Shown: piece after piece, positions 26,612 to 33,977 of the stretch
Layout of the letters: the number at the start of each line of letters is the position of its first letter
Numbering within the stretch: position 1 is the first letter of the stretch
Assembly (NCBI GenBank): GCA_030040625.1
Contig: JASHTI010000159.1
Span: 1 to 40,996 of the forward strand
DNA: 40,996 bases
From: Thermoplasmata archaeon
GTDB lineage: Archaea; Thermoplasmatota; Thermoplasmata; Lutacidiplasmatales; UBA184
Direction: 5' to 3'
Position numbers and translations under genes: made by a program
The notes under the pieces: generated by a model
Told to the model about the DNA's origin: nothing
Database searches by the model: none
Seen by the model: the letters and a program-made list of their open reading frames with translations, nothing else

Positions 26612-27441
26612 CGCCCGGTGATGCCGCGTTCGCCCAGCGATCCGTGGGGGACGCCGGGGCCGGAAGAGGAGGGTGCGGAGGGGGCACCGGGAACGGACGA
26701 CCCGGCCGGCCGGTCGGGGGCGAGCCCCTCCCCGACCAGGATCGGAGCGCCACAGCTCGGGCATCGGGGGTGCCTCCGGTCGAGCGAGGTCGGGTCGACC
26801 AGGGTCCCGCAGTACGCGCATGGGATCCGGTCCCCCAGCGTGCGGGCCACCAGCTCCTCCCGGCTCGCCTCGATCGTCGCCAGCGCGGACTCGACCGCGA
26901 ACGCCTGCTGGACGAAGGCGTAGACCTGGGCGGACTCCGGGAGCGCGTTCCAGTAGATCGTCTTCGCGTACTTGCGGCCCCCCAGCACGCCGGTCGGCGA
27001 GTCCAGCGGGGTCGCATCGAACTTGATCCCTCCCGAAACGCCCGGCTCGTTGCGCAGGTTCTGGATCTGCCCGAAGAGCGCGTCCAGCAGTTCGGGCTGT
27101 CGGACCCCGCTCACCCGGAGGACCCGCCGGTGCGTCAGCGCGTAGGCGGTCGACCTCCACTTCAGTACGTAGTAGATCATCAGGATCAGGAACAGGCCCA
27201 GGCAGAACCAGCCGAACGGATTCGCGGGGAGACCGGCCGAAACGTACGCGAACAGCAGGACGAGCAGGGCCAGGACAATGAGGCGTCCCCAGTACAGGCC
27301 GAAGAGGCTCGGTCGGGTCTCGAAAAGGACCCGCTCGCCCGGGCCGAGCAGGTCGCGCGGAAACGCCCCCGGCTGGTTCGTGCGCGGGACGACCGTGAGG
27401 AGGTCCGCCTCCGTTCGAGGTCCCGACCAGGTCTCCTGCAT
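26608..27441 (-). CDS. bacterial-type PH domain (bPH_2 / YdbS-YdbT-like) membrane protein with C-terminal zinc ribbon (277 aa)
   Basis: GERVLFETRPSL plus two TM helices and AYALTHRRVLRVSG...IQNL is the classic bPH layout. The C terminus carries CAYCG-x16-CPSCG and a Pro/Ser-rich tail. Confidence 0.7.
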   Translation of the reverse strand: MQETWSGPRTEADLLTVVPRTNQPGAFPRDLLGPGERVLFETRPSLFGLYWGRLIVLALLVLLFAYVSAGLPANPFGWFCLGLFLILMIYYVLKWRSTAYALTHRRVLRVSGVRQPELLDALFGQIQNLRNEPGVSGGIKFDATPLDSPTGVLGGRKYAKTIYWNALPESAQVYAFVQQAFAVESALATIEASREELVARTLGDRIPCAYCGTLVDPTSLDRRHPRCPSCGAPILVGEGLAPDRPAGSSVPGAPSAPSSSGPGVPHGSLGERGITGR

Positions 27442-27466
27442 CGCCGGCGCCCGCAGGTCGCCGCCG

Positions 27467-27474
27467 AATATAAT
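27467..27474 (-). promoter_or_regulatory. TATA box (ATTATATT on - strand) for a leaderless transcript of the bPH/Kelch gene pair
   Basis: An AT island 26-33 nt upstream of the ATG at 27441, within the 88-nt gap after the ABC permease gene. Confidence 0.5.
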
Positions 27475-27488
27475 CCCGGTAAACCGGG
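27475..27488 (-). terminator. short GC hairpin (CCCGG-TTTA-CCGGG on - strand) followed by a U-rich run; possible terminator of the PadR-ABC operon
   Basis: A perfect 5-bp stem with a 4-nt loop, read directly. It lies 42 nt downstream of the permease stop and is immediately followed by AUUAUAUU. Confidence 0.3.
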
Positions 27489-27529
27489 GGCGTCCGCCGC
27501 CGCCGGCGAGGGCCGGAGGAGCGGCGGAC

Positions 27530-28357
27530 CTAGCGCTTCGGCGCGAGCGCCCTTCCCGCGAGGACCGTCGCGAGCAGGATCATCGCCGCGGCCCACGCAA
27601 GCAGGCCGAGCAGGTAGTACCAGGCGGCGTACGGGTAGAACGGGCCGGCGCCGGCGAACAGATTGAGCCGGATCACCTCGACCGCGAGCGTCACGGGGTT
27701 GTACGCGGCGATCGTCTGGAGCCAGTGCGGCATGCCGCCCCACGGGTAGAGCGCCGCGGAGGTCAGCAGCACCGGCAGGTTGATCGCGTTGACGACCGCG
27801 AAGTAGGACTGCGGCTGCTCGATCGAGAAGCCGATCGCGAGGAACAGGCTGGCGAACATCACCGACAGGATCACGATCGCCAGCACGATCTCCCCGGCCC
27901 CCACGACGCCGACCGCCGCGGTGACCGTGAGCCCGCTCAGGCCCAGGTGGCCGATGCCGATCGCGAGCCCGAGGACGAAGAAGGCGAGCCCGATCGGCTG
28001 GATCACGCCGGCGAGCAGGCGGGAGCCGAAGATCGTGAACGAGGTCGCCGGTGTCGAGGAGACCCGCTTCAGGATCCCGAAGAGCTTGTCGAAGATGACG
28101 TTCGCCCCGATGAACAGCGTCGCGGTGACGGCGACGAAGCCGACCATGCCGGCGGCGAAGTAGGAGAAGTACGTCGGCGAGCCGTTCACCAGGAGGGCGA
28201 GCTCGTTCGGCGGGACCCCCTTCGTGAACCCGTTGAACCCCTGGCCGAACAGCAGGACGTAGAGCAGGGGCAGCAGCAGCGAGGTGATGATCGCCTGCGG
28301 GTTGCGCCCGAGGCGAAGCAGCTCGCGCCGCGTTAGCGCGCCGAGCTCCCGGATCAT
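27530..28357 (-). CDS. ABC-2 type transporter permease (275 aa)
   Basis: 6-TM ABC-2 pattern with an N-terminal RRELLRLGRNPQAI motif. It has an ATGA overlap with the upstream ATPase gene. Confidence 0.85.
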   Translation of the reverse strand: MIRELGALTRRELLRLGRNPQAIITSLLLPLLYVLLFGQGFNGFTKGVPPNELALLVNGSPTYFSYFAAGMVGFVAVTATLFIGANVIFDKLFGILKRVSSTPATSFTIFGSRLLAGVIQPIGLAFFVLGLAIGIGHLGLSGLTVTAAVGVVGAGEIVLAIVILSVMFASLFLAIGFSIEQPQSYFAVVNAINLPVLLTSAALYPWGGMPHWLQTIAAYNPVTLAVEVIRLNLFAGAGPFYPYAAWYYLLGLLAWAAAMILLATVLAGRALAPKR

Positions 28358-29379
28358 CGCCGGCCTCCCATCTGGTTGCGGACGCGACCCAGGAGCACGG
28401 CCCGGTCGGTCGCGCTCATCCCCTCGTCCTCGCGGAACTCGCGTCCGGTGAACTCGAGGAAAACCTCGTCCAGGCTGGGTCGCTTGACCGAGACGGCCTG
28501 AAGGCCGATGCCGGCCCGGACGCAGGCGGCGACGACCTCTGGTACGAGGGTCTCACCGTTCGCGCACTTCAGCCGGTAGGCGCCGTCCTGCTCGGTGACC
28601 GCCGAGACCCCGGCGATGTGGGTCAGCATCTCCTGCGCCGGGGCAGCCCCCGCCACCGGCCGGACCGTCACGATGTCTCCGCCGAGGCGGTCCTTGAGCT
28701 CGCTCGGCGTGCCGCTCGCCGCGATGGTGCCGTGGTCGATGATCGCGATCCGCTCGCACATCCCGTCGGCCTCTTCGAGGTAGTGGGTCGTGACGAAGAT
28801 CGTCATCCCGTGCTCCTTGCGCAGCTGGAGAACGTAGCGCCAGAATCCGGCGCGGCCCTGCGGATCGAGGCCGAGCGTCGGCTCGTCCAGGAAGAGGATC
28901 CGCGGGGAGTGGACGATGCCGAAGGCGAGCTCCAGCCGGCGCCGCATCCCGCCGGAGTACGTCTTCGCGAGACGGTCGGCGGCGTCGCCGATCTGCATCT
29001 GCTCGAGCAGGAACTCCACGCGCCGCCGCACCTCCGCCCGCGGGACGGAATAGAGCGCCGCGGCCAGCTCGAGGGTCTCGCGACCGGTCAGGTCGTTGTC
29101 GGCGGTCGACTCCTGGAAGACCACGCCGATCCGGCGCTTCACCGACTCCGGCTCGCGCGCGACGTTCAGCCCGTCGACGAACGCGGAGCCGGAGGTCGCC
29201 TGCAGGCCGGCCGTCAGCATCCCGACGGTCGTCGTCTTGCCGGCGCCGTTCGGGCCAAGGAAGCCGTAGACCTCGCCCGGCCGTACCTCGAAGTCGACCG
29301 ACTTGACGGCGTGGACGCTCCCGTTGTAGGTCTTGGAGAGATGCTCGGCCCGGATCGATCCGCGGTCCCCGTCCTGCAT
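28354..29379 (-). CDS. ABC transporter ATP-binding protein (DrrA/ABC-2 exporter type; 341 aa)
   Basis: Walker A GPNGAGKTT, signature YSGGMRRRL, Walker B ILFLDEPTLGLD, H-loop TTHYLEEA, and a C-terminal DrrA-like domain. Confidence 0.92.
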   Translation of the reverse strand: MQDGDRGSIRAEHLSKTYNGSVHAVKSVDFEVRPGEVYGFLGPNGAGKTTTVGMLTAGLQATSGSAFVDGLNVAREPESVKRRIGVVFQESTADNDLTGRETLELAAALYSVPRAEVRRRVEFLLEQMQIGDAADRLAKTYSGGMRRRLELAFGIVHSPRILFLDEPTLGLDPQGRAGFWRYVLQLRKEHGMTIFVTTHYLEEADGMCERIAIIDHGTIAASGTPSELKDRLGGDIVTVRPVAGAAPAQEMLTHIAGVSAVTEQDGAYRLKCANGETLVPEVVAACVRAGIGLQAVSVKRPSLDEVFLEFTGREFREDEGMSATDRAVLLGRVRNQMGGRR

Positions 29380-29383
29380 GTTC

Positions 29384-29815
29384 TTAGCTCCCCTCGCTGG
29401 CGATACGGCCGAGGCGATCGGCGACCTCTTTCATGGCCGGGATCGCCTTGGCGAACTCCTCCGCGCGGGAGCCCTTCAGATCCTCGAGGAAGGCGACCAG
29501 CCCCCGCAGCTCCGTGACGGCCTCGTCGACGTTCCTCGGACCGAACCGCCCGAGGCTCTGGGGGGAGTGGGCCGAGGCGCCGGCCGCCAGCGTGTAGCGA
29601 CCGTCCGAGCCCCGCTTGATGACCCCTTCCTGGGCCATCTCGTCGAGCAACGGATACACGGAGCCCGGAGAAGGCCTCCAGAAGCCGCGGCTGAACCGCT
29701 CGATGTCGTCCATCAGCTCGGCACCGCTCTTGGGCCCCTGGCTCAAGAGGTGATAAACCAGCGGGCGCAGGCCGCGGCGGTGACGAGAGAGCCAAGGAGC
29801 ACCGAATGATGACAT
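29384..29815 (-). CDS. PadR family transcriptional regulator (143 aa)
   Basis: Winged HTH pattern (LVYHLLSQGPKSGAELMDDIE......WRPSPGSVYPLLDEMAQEGVIKR...DGRYTL). The stop lies 4 nt before the ABC ATPase gene. Confidence 0.85.
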   Translation of the reverse strand: MSSFGAPWLSRHRRGLRPLVYHLLSQGPKSGAELMDDIERFSRGFWRPSPGSVYPLLDEMAQEGVIKRGSDGRYTLAAGASAHSPQSLGRFGPRNVDEAVTELRGLVAFLEDLKGSRAEEFAKAIPAMKEVADRLGRIASEGS

Positions 29816-29819
29816 CGTC

Positions 29820-29835
29820 TTTCCGATATCGGAAA
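29820..29835. promoter_or_regulatory. perfect 16-bp palindrome TTTCCGATATCGGAAA; putative PadR operator
   Basis: Read directly. It starts 5 nt upstream of the padR ATG and lies between that ATG and an AT-rich TATA-like stretch (29836-29848). Confidence 0.6.
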
Positions 29836-29965
29836 TACGATAGACGTAGATGAAGATTGCTCACGACCGGTGAGCCGGGGAGGGGTTCTCGGCCGCGCAC
29901 GGATGAAGCCGCCTCCCGGAGCGGAGGGAGGTAATCTAGTCGGCGGTGTTTCTCCGTGCGAGAGA

Positions 29966-30175
29966 ATGCCGGCGGTCGAGCGATGGGAGGCGGAGCTTCG
30001 GGCCCTGCGCGACGAACTGGAGCGCCTGCGCGCCGAGCAGCGCGAGATGGCGACGGCGATCCAGGAGCTCGTTACCACGTTCCGAACCCTGGCGACGCAC
30101 CTCGGGATCGCCAGCGAGCCGTACGCCCGCAAGGGTGACACCTCACGCGACCGCGATCTGCCCGGCTTCGCGTGA
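29966..30175 (+). CDS. small coiled-coil protein (69 aa), hypothetical
   Basis: MPAVERWEAELRALRDELERLRAEQREMATAIQELVTTF is heptad-like. It is divergent from padR. I trimmed the track ORF (29870) to the ATG at 29966. Coding status is not certain. Confidence 0.4.
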   Translation: MPAVERWEAELRALRDELERLRAEQREMATAIQELVTTFRTLATHLGIASEPYARKGDTSRDRDLPGFA

Positions 30176-30203
30176 GCCGCGGCGCGCGTCTCGCCCGTCG
30201 CCG

Positions 30204-31226
30204 CTAGGGCCGGCTCGGGATCGCCTTCCGCCCGTATCGCCAGCCGTCGTCGATCTCGTACAGTCGCCGCAATCGGCTGTCCACGCGGGTCCCGATCGCC
30301 ACCTCGGAGGGATCGGCGTCGGCGACGCTGAGCGTGACGGTGACGTCCGGCGCGAGCTCGGCGAGCACGACCCCATACGCGCCCGAGACGGCGACCTGGG
30401 CGTCGAACTCGGTCGGCTGGCCCCCCGGGCCGATCCAGGTCGCTGCGACGACCTTCGCGCCGTCGAGCGGGAGCGGTTCGGGCTCCAGAGGGCCGCCCTG
30501 ACGGCAGTGGCGGCAGCGGCCCCGAGGAGGGAACGTCAGTCGTCCGCACGCGCGGCAACGGTCCGCGATGAAACGCCAGCGGGCGGGCCTCGCCTCCTCG
30601 TCCCGGGGGATCGGGACGAACGCTCCCTGCGACACCGTCGGGCCGCCGCGCGGCGTGGGCCCGGGCTTCGCCCTTGCCCGGCCGGTGCCCGGCGATCGGC
30701 GCCAGTCGCCCGGCCAGCCGGCGGCCGCGCCGGCCTCGTGGAGGGCGGTCCATGCCTGCGCGAACTCGGCGCCGGCCTCGACGGTGCCGGTCGCGCCTCC
30801 GCGCAATCGCTCGAGCGGGAGGGCGTCCGTGGAGTCGTCCACCCGCAGGGCGATCGCACCCTCGCCCGGTGCGCTCAGGCTCGTCGGTCCCCCTGCCCCC
30901 TCGTGTCTCACGACGACGAGCCAGTCCGGCTCGCGGGATCGCTCGATCTCGGCGAGCCACCCGCTCCAGGAGGCCTCCGCCCGGGGAAGGATCGTGATCG
31001 GTCGGCCCACGACGTCCCGGAGCCGGGCGGCCGAGTCAGGGTCGAGCCCACCGCCGAGGTGCAGACGGAGGGGAGGGTCGCCGGTGACTTCCCGGGGGAC
31101 GAGCCGCTCCAGCGCGGTCGCTGCCATGGTGAACGGGTCCTCGTCCCACCCGGACCTTCGGCGGGATGCGTCGGCGTACGCCGGCAGATAGAGCGCCCCT
31201 CGTGTGATCCCGCGCACGTCGCTCAC
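30204..31226 (-). CDS. DUF35 (zinc-ribbon + OB-fold, thiolase/HMG-CoA-synthase-associated) protein with an ~190-aa N-terminal extension (about 340 aa)
   Basis: The C-terminal part is a DUF35 rubredoxin-like knuckle plus OB fold (RCRACGRLTFPPRGRCRHC ... GVVLAEL ... VDSRLRRLY). The GTG start at 31226 overlaps the thiolase stop as GTGA. The track ORF extended to 31424. Confidence 0.7.
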   Translation of the reverse strand: MSDVRGITRGALYLPAYADASRRRSGWDEDPFTMAATALERLVPREVTGDPPLRLHLGGGLDPDSAARLRDVVGRPITILPRAEASWSGWLAEIERSREPDWLVVVRHEGAGGPTSLSAPGEGAIALRVDDSTDALPLERLRGGATGTVEAGAEFAQAWTALHEAGAAAGWPGDWRRSPGTGRARAKPGPTPRGGPTVSQGAFVPIPRDEEARPARWRFIADRCRACGRLTFPPRGRCRHCRQGGPLEPEPLPLDGAKVVAATWIGPGGQPTEFDAQVAVSGAYGVVLAELAPDVTVTLSVADADPSEVAIGTRVDSRLRRLYEIDDGWRYGRKAIPSRP

Positions 31227-32410
31227 CCGGCGGTGTACACCGCGACGGCGGCCGTCGCCCCGGCCCCGCCCACGTTGTGCGTGACGGCGGATCGGGCGGA
31301 GCGCACTTGCCGGGGCCCGGCGGCGCCACGCAGCTGCAGGAAGACCTCGTAGGCCTGGGAGACCCCGCTGGCGCCGATCGGGTGGCCCTTGGACTTCAGT
31401 CCGCCGTCCGGGTTCACCGGGCACGCCCCGGATCGCTCGGTCGCCCCGGAGAGCGTCAGCTTCGCGGCCTCGCCGCGGCCGCAGAGCCCGAGGTCCTCGA
31501 GGGCGAGCAGCTCGGCGATCGTGAAGCAGTCATGGACCTCCGCCAGCCCGACCTCGGTCGGCGCGACCCCGGCCTCCTGGAAGGCGACGGCCGCCGCCCG
31601 GCGGCTCGCCGCGAAGCCCCGGCGATCGGGCCGCTCCTGAAGCGCCAGGTAATCGCTCGCCGCGCCGACGCCGTCGATGTAGACGGGCGTGTCGGTGAAG
31701 CTCCGCGCATGCTCCGGCGAGGCGATCAGGAGGGCGGCGGCGCCGTCGCTCACCGGGCAGCAGTCGTAGAGGCCGAGCGGGTCGGCGACGCGGGGGCTCG
31801 CGCGCGCCTGCTCGCGCGTGATCGGCTTGCGGAAGTGCGCGTTCGGGTTGAGGGCGCCGTTCGCGTGGTTCTTGACCGCGACCGCGGCGAGCGCCTCGGC
31901 GGCCTCGGGGTGGGCCGCGAGGTACTCGGACGCGATCAGCCCGTAGACCCCCGCGAAGGTGAGGCCCGCCTGACGCTCCCATTCGGTGTCGCCCGACACC
32001 CCGAGCCAGTAGCGGCGCCGGGCCGCGGAGACATCGGTCATCTTCTCCAGCCCGGCGACCGCGACCAGGTCGACGGCGCCGGAAGCGACGGCGCGGACCG
32101 CCTCCTGCAAGGCGAAGCCGCCGGAAGCGCAGGCGTTCTCCACTCGGAGCGTCGCGAGGCCGGGGACCCCGAGCTCCTCGGCGAGCAGGGCGGAGGAGTT
32201 GCCGAGCTGCCAGCCCCCGAAGCCGAGGGTCGCCAGGTATCCGCGGCCGATGCGGGCCCGGTCGAGCCCGTGGTCGACGCTCGCGGCCGCGCCGTCCAGC
32301 GCGGTCCGCAGAAGGGCCCGGGGTCCCTCCGGCAGGACGCCGAAGCGACTGTGACCCGCCCCTACGATCGCCGCGCGATGCCCCACGACCTCTGCCCCAC
32401 GAACCGTCAT
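31223..32410 (-). CDS. thiolase (archaeal acetyl-CoA acetyltransferase type; 395 aa)
   Basis: AIVGAGHSRFG, active-site VENACASGGFAL, and C-terminal THNVGG plus GHPIGASG motifs. Confidence 0.9.
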   Translation of the reverse strand: MTVRGAEVVGHRAAIVGAGHSRFGVLPEGPRALLRTALDGAAASVDHGLDRARIGRGYLATLGFGGWQLGNSSALLAEELGVPGLATLRVENACASGGFALQEAVRAVASGAVDLVAVAGLEKMTDVSAARRRYWLGVSGDTEWERQAGLTFAGVYGLIASEYLAAHPEAAEALAAVAVKNHANGALNPNAHFRKPITREQARASPRVADPLGLYDCCPVSDGAAALLIASPEHARSFTDTPVYIDGVGAASDYLALQERPDRRGFAASRRAAAVAFQEAGVAPTEVGLAEVHDCFTIAELLALEDLGLCGRGEAAKLTLSGATERSGACPVNPDGGLKSKGHPIGASGVSQAYEVFLQLRGAAGPRQVRSARSAVTHNVGGAGATAAVAVYTAG

Positions 32411-32452
32411 ATCGGTCGAGACGCCTCCCCGATTTAACCCCCGGGAGCCGAG

Positions 32453-33028
32453 GTGCGCGAGGACGGACCGGTCGTCGTGGGCGTCTCCGGCGCCAGCGGC
32501 GCGCCGATCGCGCTGAAGGTCCTCGAGGCGCTCCGAGCCGCCTCCTGGCCCGTCGCCCTCGTCGCTTCAGCGGCCGGGCTGCAGGTGCTGCGGGAAGAGA
32601 CCGGGCTCGCTCCCGAGGCGCTCGGGCGGCTCGCGGACCACGTCTACGCCGACCACGATCTGGCGGCCCCGATCGCGAGCGGCTCGCGGCCGACGCGTGG
32701 CATGGTCGTCGTGCCGTGCTCCTCGAACACGGCGGCCCGCATCGCCCTCGGGCTCGGCGACGGCCTGCTCGTGCGCGCGGCGCACGTCCAACTGAAGGAG
32801 CGGCGCCAGCTCGTGCTGGTGCCGCGGGAGACGCCGCTGCCGACGATCCTCCTCCGTCACCTCACCGCGCTGAGCGAGCTCGGGGCGGTCATCCTCATCG
32901 CCTCGCCGGCCTACTACCTCCGTCCGAGGTCGATCGACGACGTGACGAACTATCTCGCCGGGAAGGTCCTGGACCATCTCGGCGCCCCGCACCAGCTGTA
33001 CCGCGGCTGGGGGGAGCCGCCGGCATGA
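32453..33028 (+). CDS. ubiX: flavin prenyltransferase UbiX (191 aa, GTG start)
   Basis: VVVGVSGASGAPIALKVLEAL, VVPCSSNTAARIALG and LVLVPRETPL are UbiX/Pad1 hallmarks. Confidence 0.88.
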   Translation: MREDGPVVVGVSGASGAPIALKVLEALRAASWPVALVASAAGLQVLREETGLAPEALGRLADHVYADHDLAAPIASGSRPTRGMVVVPCSSNTAARIALGLGDGLLVRAAHVQLKERRQLVLVPRETPLPTILLRHLTALSELGAVILIASPAYYLRPRSIDDVTNYLAGKVLDHLGAPHQLYRGWGEPPA

Positions 33029-33621
33029 GCTTCCCGGGCGGGCGACCCCGCGCGATCGGTCGGCTCGGCGCCTACGCCCCCGTGCCGTTCGTCGGCGCCG
33101 CGGCGATCCTCGTCGCGCTGATCATCTTCACCCCCGTCCTGCTCGCGAGCGGACCCTCCCCGCTCGCCGTGCGGCCGGAGCTGGTCATCTACCGTGTCAC
33201 GGGCGCCCCCACGGTCCTCTACTACCTCCACGGCGTGGACCCGACGGTGCCGTACGGTCGCCTGCTGCTGGGGGTCGCGAGCTTCGGAAGCTGGACCGGC
33301 GCCTGCCCGACGACCGGCCTGAGCTGGTCGAACGAGTCGGCCGACAACGTCCTGGAGCTCGGGGCGGAGGGCTCGACCGGCCCCACGCTGATCTACGCCT
33401 ACGCGGTCTACAACACCACGGCCGGCTCGACGATCTACGCCGGCGCCTTCGCGCTGGTCGTCGACCATCTCGGCCAGTCCGACGAGGGGCTCTCGCTCGT
33501 CCCCTGCGCGGCCGCGACCCCGGGGGTCACCGTACCGAGCTCCTGGTCGACCGCGAACCTGCCGCTCCCGCTGCTTCTCGTGGACTACGGGACGGCCGGC
33601 CCGCCGGGAGGCACCCCGTGA
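33025..33621 (+). CDS. hypothetical membrane-anchored protein (198 aa)
   Basis: The ATG overlaps the ubiX stop as ATGA. One N-terminal TM helix (FVGAAAILVALIIFTPVLLA) is followed by a beta-rich ectodomain with N-x-S/T sequons. No family recognised. Confidence 0.55.
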   Translation: MSFPGGRPRAIGRLGAYAPVPFVGAAAILVALIIFTPVLLASGPSPLAVRPELVIYRVTGAPTVLYYLHGVDPTVPYGRLLLGVASFGSWTGACPTTGLSWSNESADNVLELGAEGSTGPTLIYAYAVYNTTAGSTIYAGAFALVVDHLGQSDEGLSLVPCAAATPGVTVPSSWSTANLPLPLLLVDYGTAGPPGGTP

Positions 33622-33977
33622 AGCCGTCGCGCGCGGTACTGATACTCTGGAGCTGCGTCCTGATCGCGCTGGTCGTGCTCGAGCTCGCGGAGGTGACGCA
33701 CCTGTTCACCTTCCCGATCTCGGAGGTGGTCGCCGATCCGTTCTCCCTCCTCATCTCGCTCATCTTCACGACGATCGTCGCGTTCATCGGGGCGATCTTC
33801 GTCGGGATCTTCATCACCGCCCGCATCCTCCAGCCGCGCGGCTTCACCCCGTTCGAGGAGGAGATGCTCCAGATGCGGGCCGAGGTGCGCGAGGTCCGCC
33901 GGGCCGTCGAGGACCTGCGCGGGGCTCCGCCCGCCGCCCCTCCCGAGCCACGGCCCCGAGGTCCGCCGGGCCGATGA
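33618..33977 (+). CDS. hypothetical 2-TM membrane protein with a C-terminal amphipathic helix (119 aa, GTGA overlap)
   Basis: Two clear TM helices followed by EEEMLQMRAEVREVRRAVEDLRG. It is chained by 4-nt overlaps to both neighbouring genes. Confidence 0.55.
   Translation: MKPSRAVLILWSCVLIALVVLELAEVTHLFTFPISEVVADPFSLLISLIFTTIVAFIGAIFVGIFITARILQPRGFTPFEEEMLQMRAEVREVRRAVEDLRGAPPAAPPEPRPRGPPGR

Noticed and set aside
24599-27160. The 853-aa track ORF treated as a single giant Kelch protein.
   Set aside because: The first 183 residues are R/G/P junk that overlaps, in another frame, the clearly coding bPH/Zn-ribbon gene (26608-27441). A proper signal peptide follows the internal ATG at 26611, and that ATG forms an ATGA overlap with the upstream stop.
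29805-29850. AATGATGAC (a C-box-like RUGAUGA) near padR suggested a C/D-box sRNA.
   Set aside because: There is no CUGA D box or second C'/D' pair at the right distance. The motif is just the antisense of the padR start-codon region.
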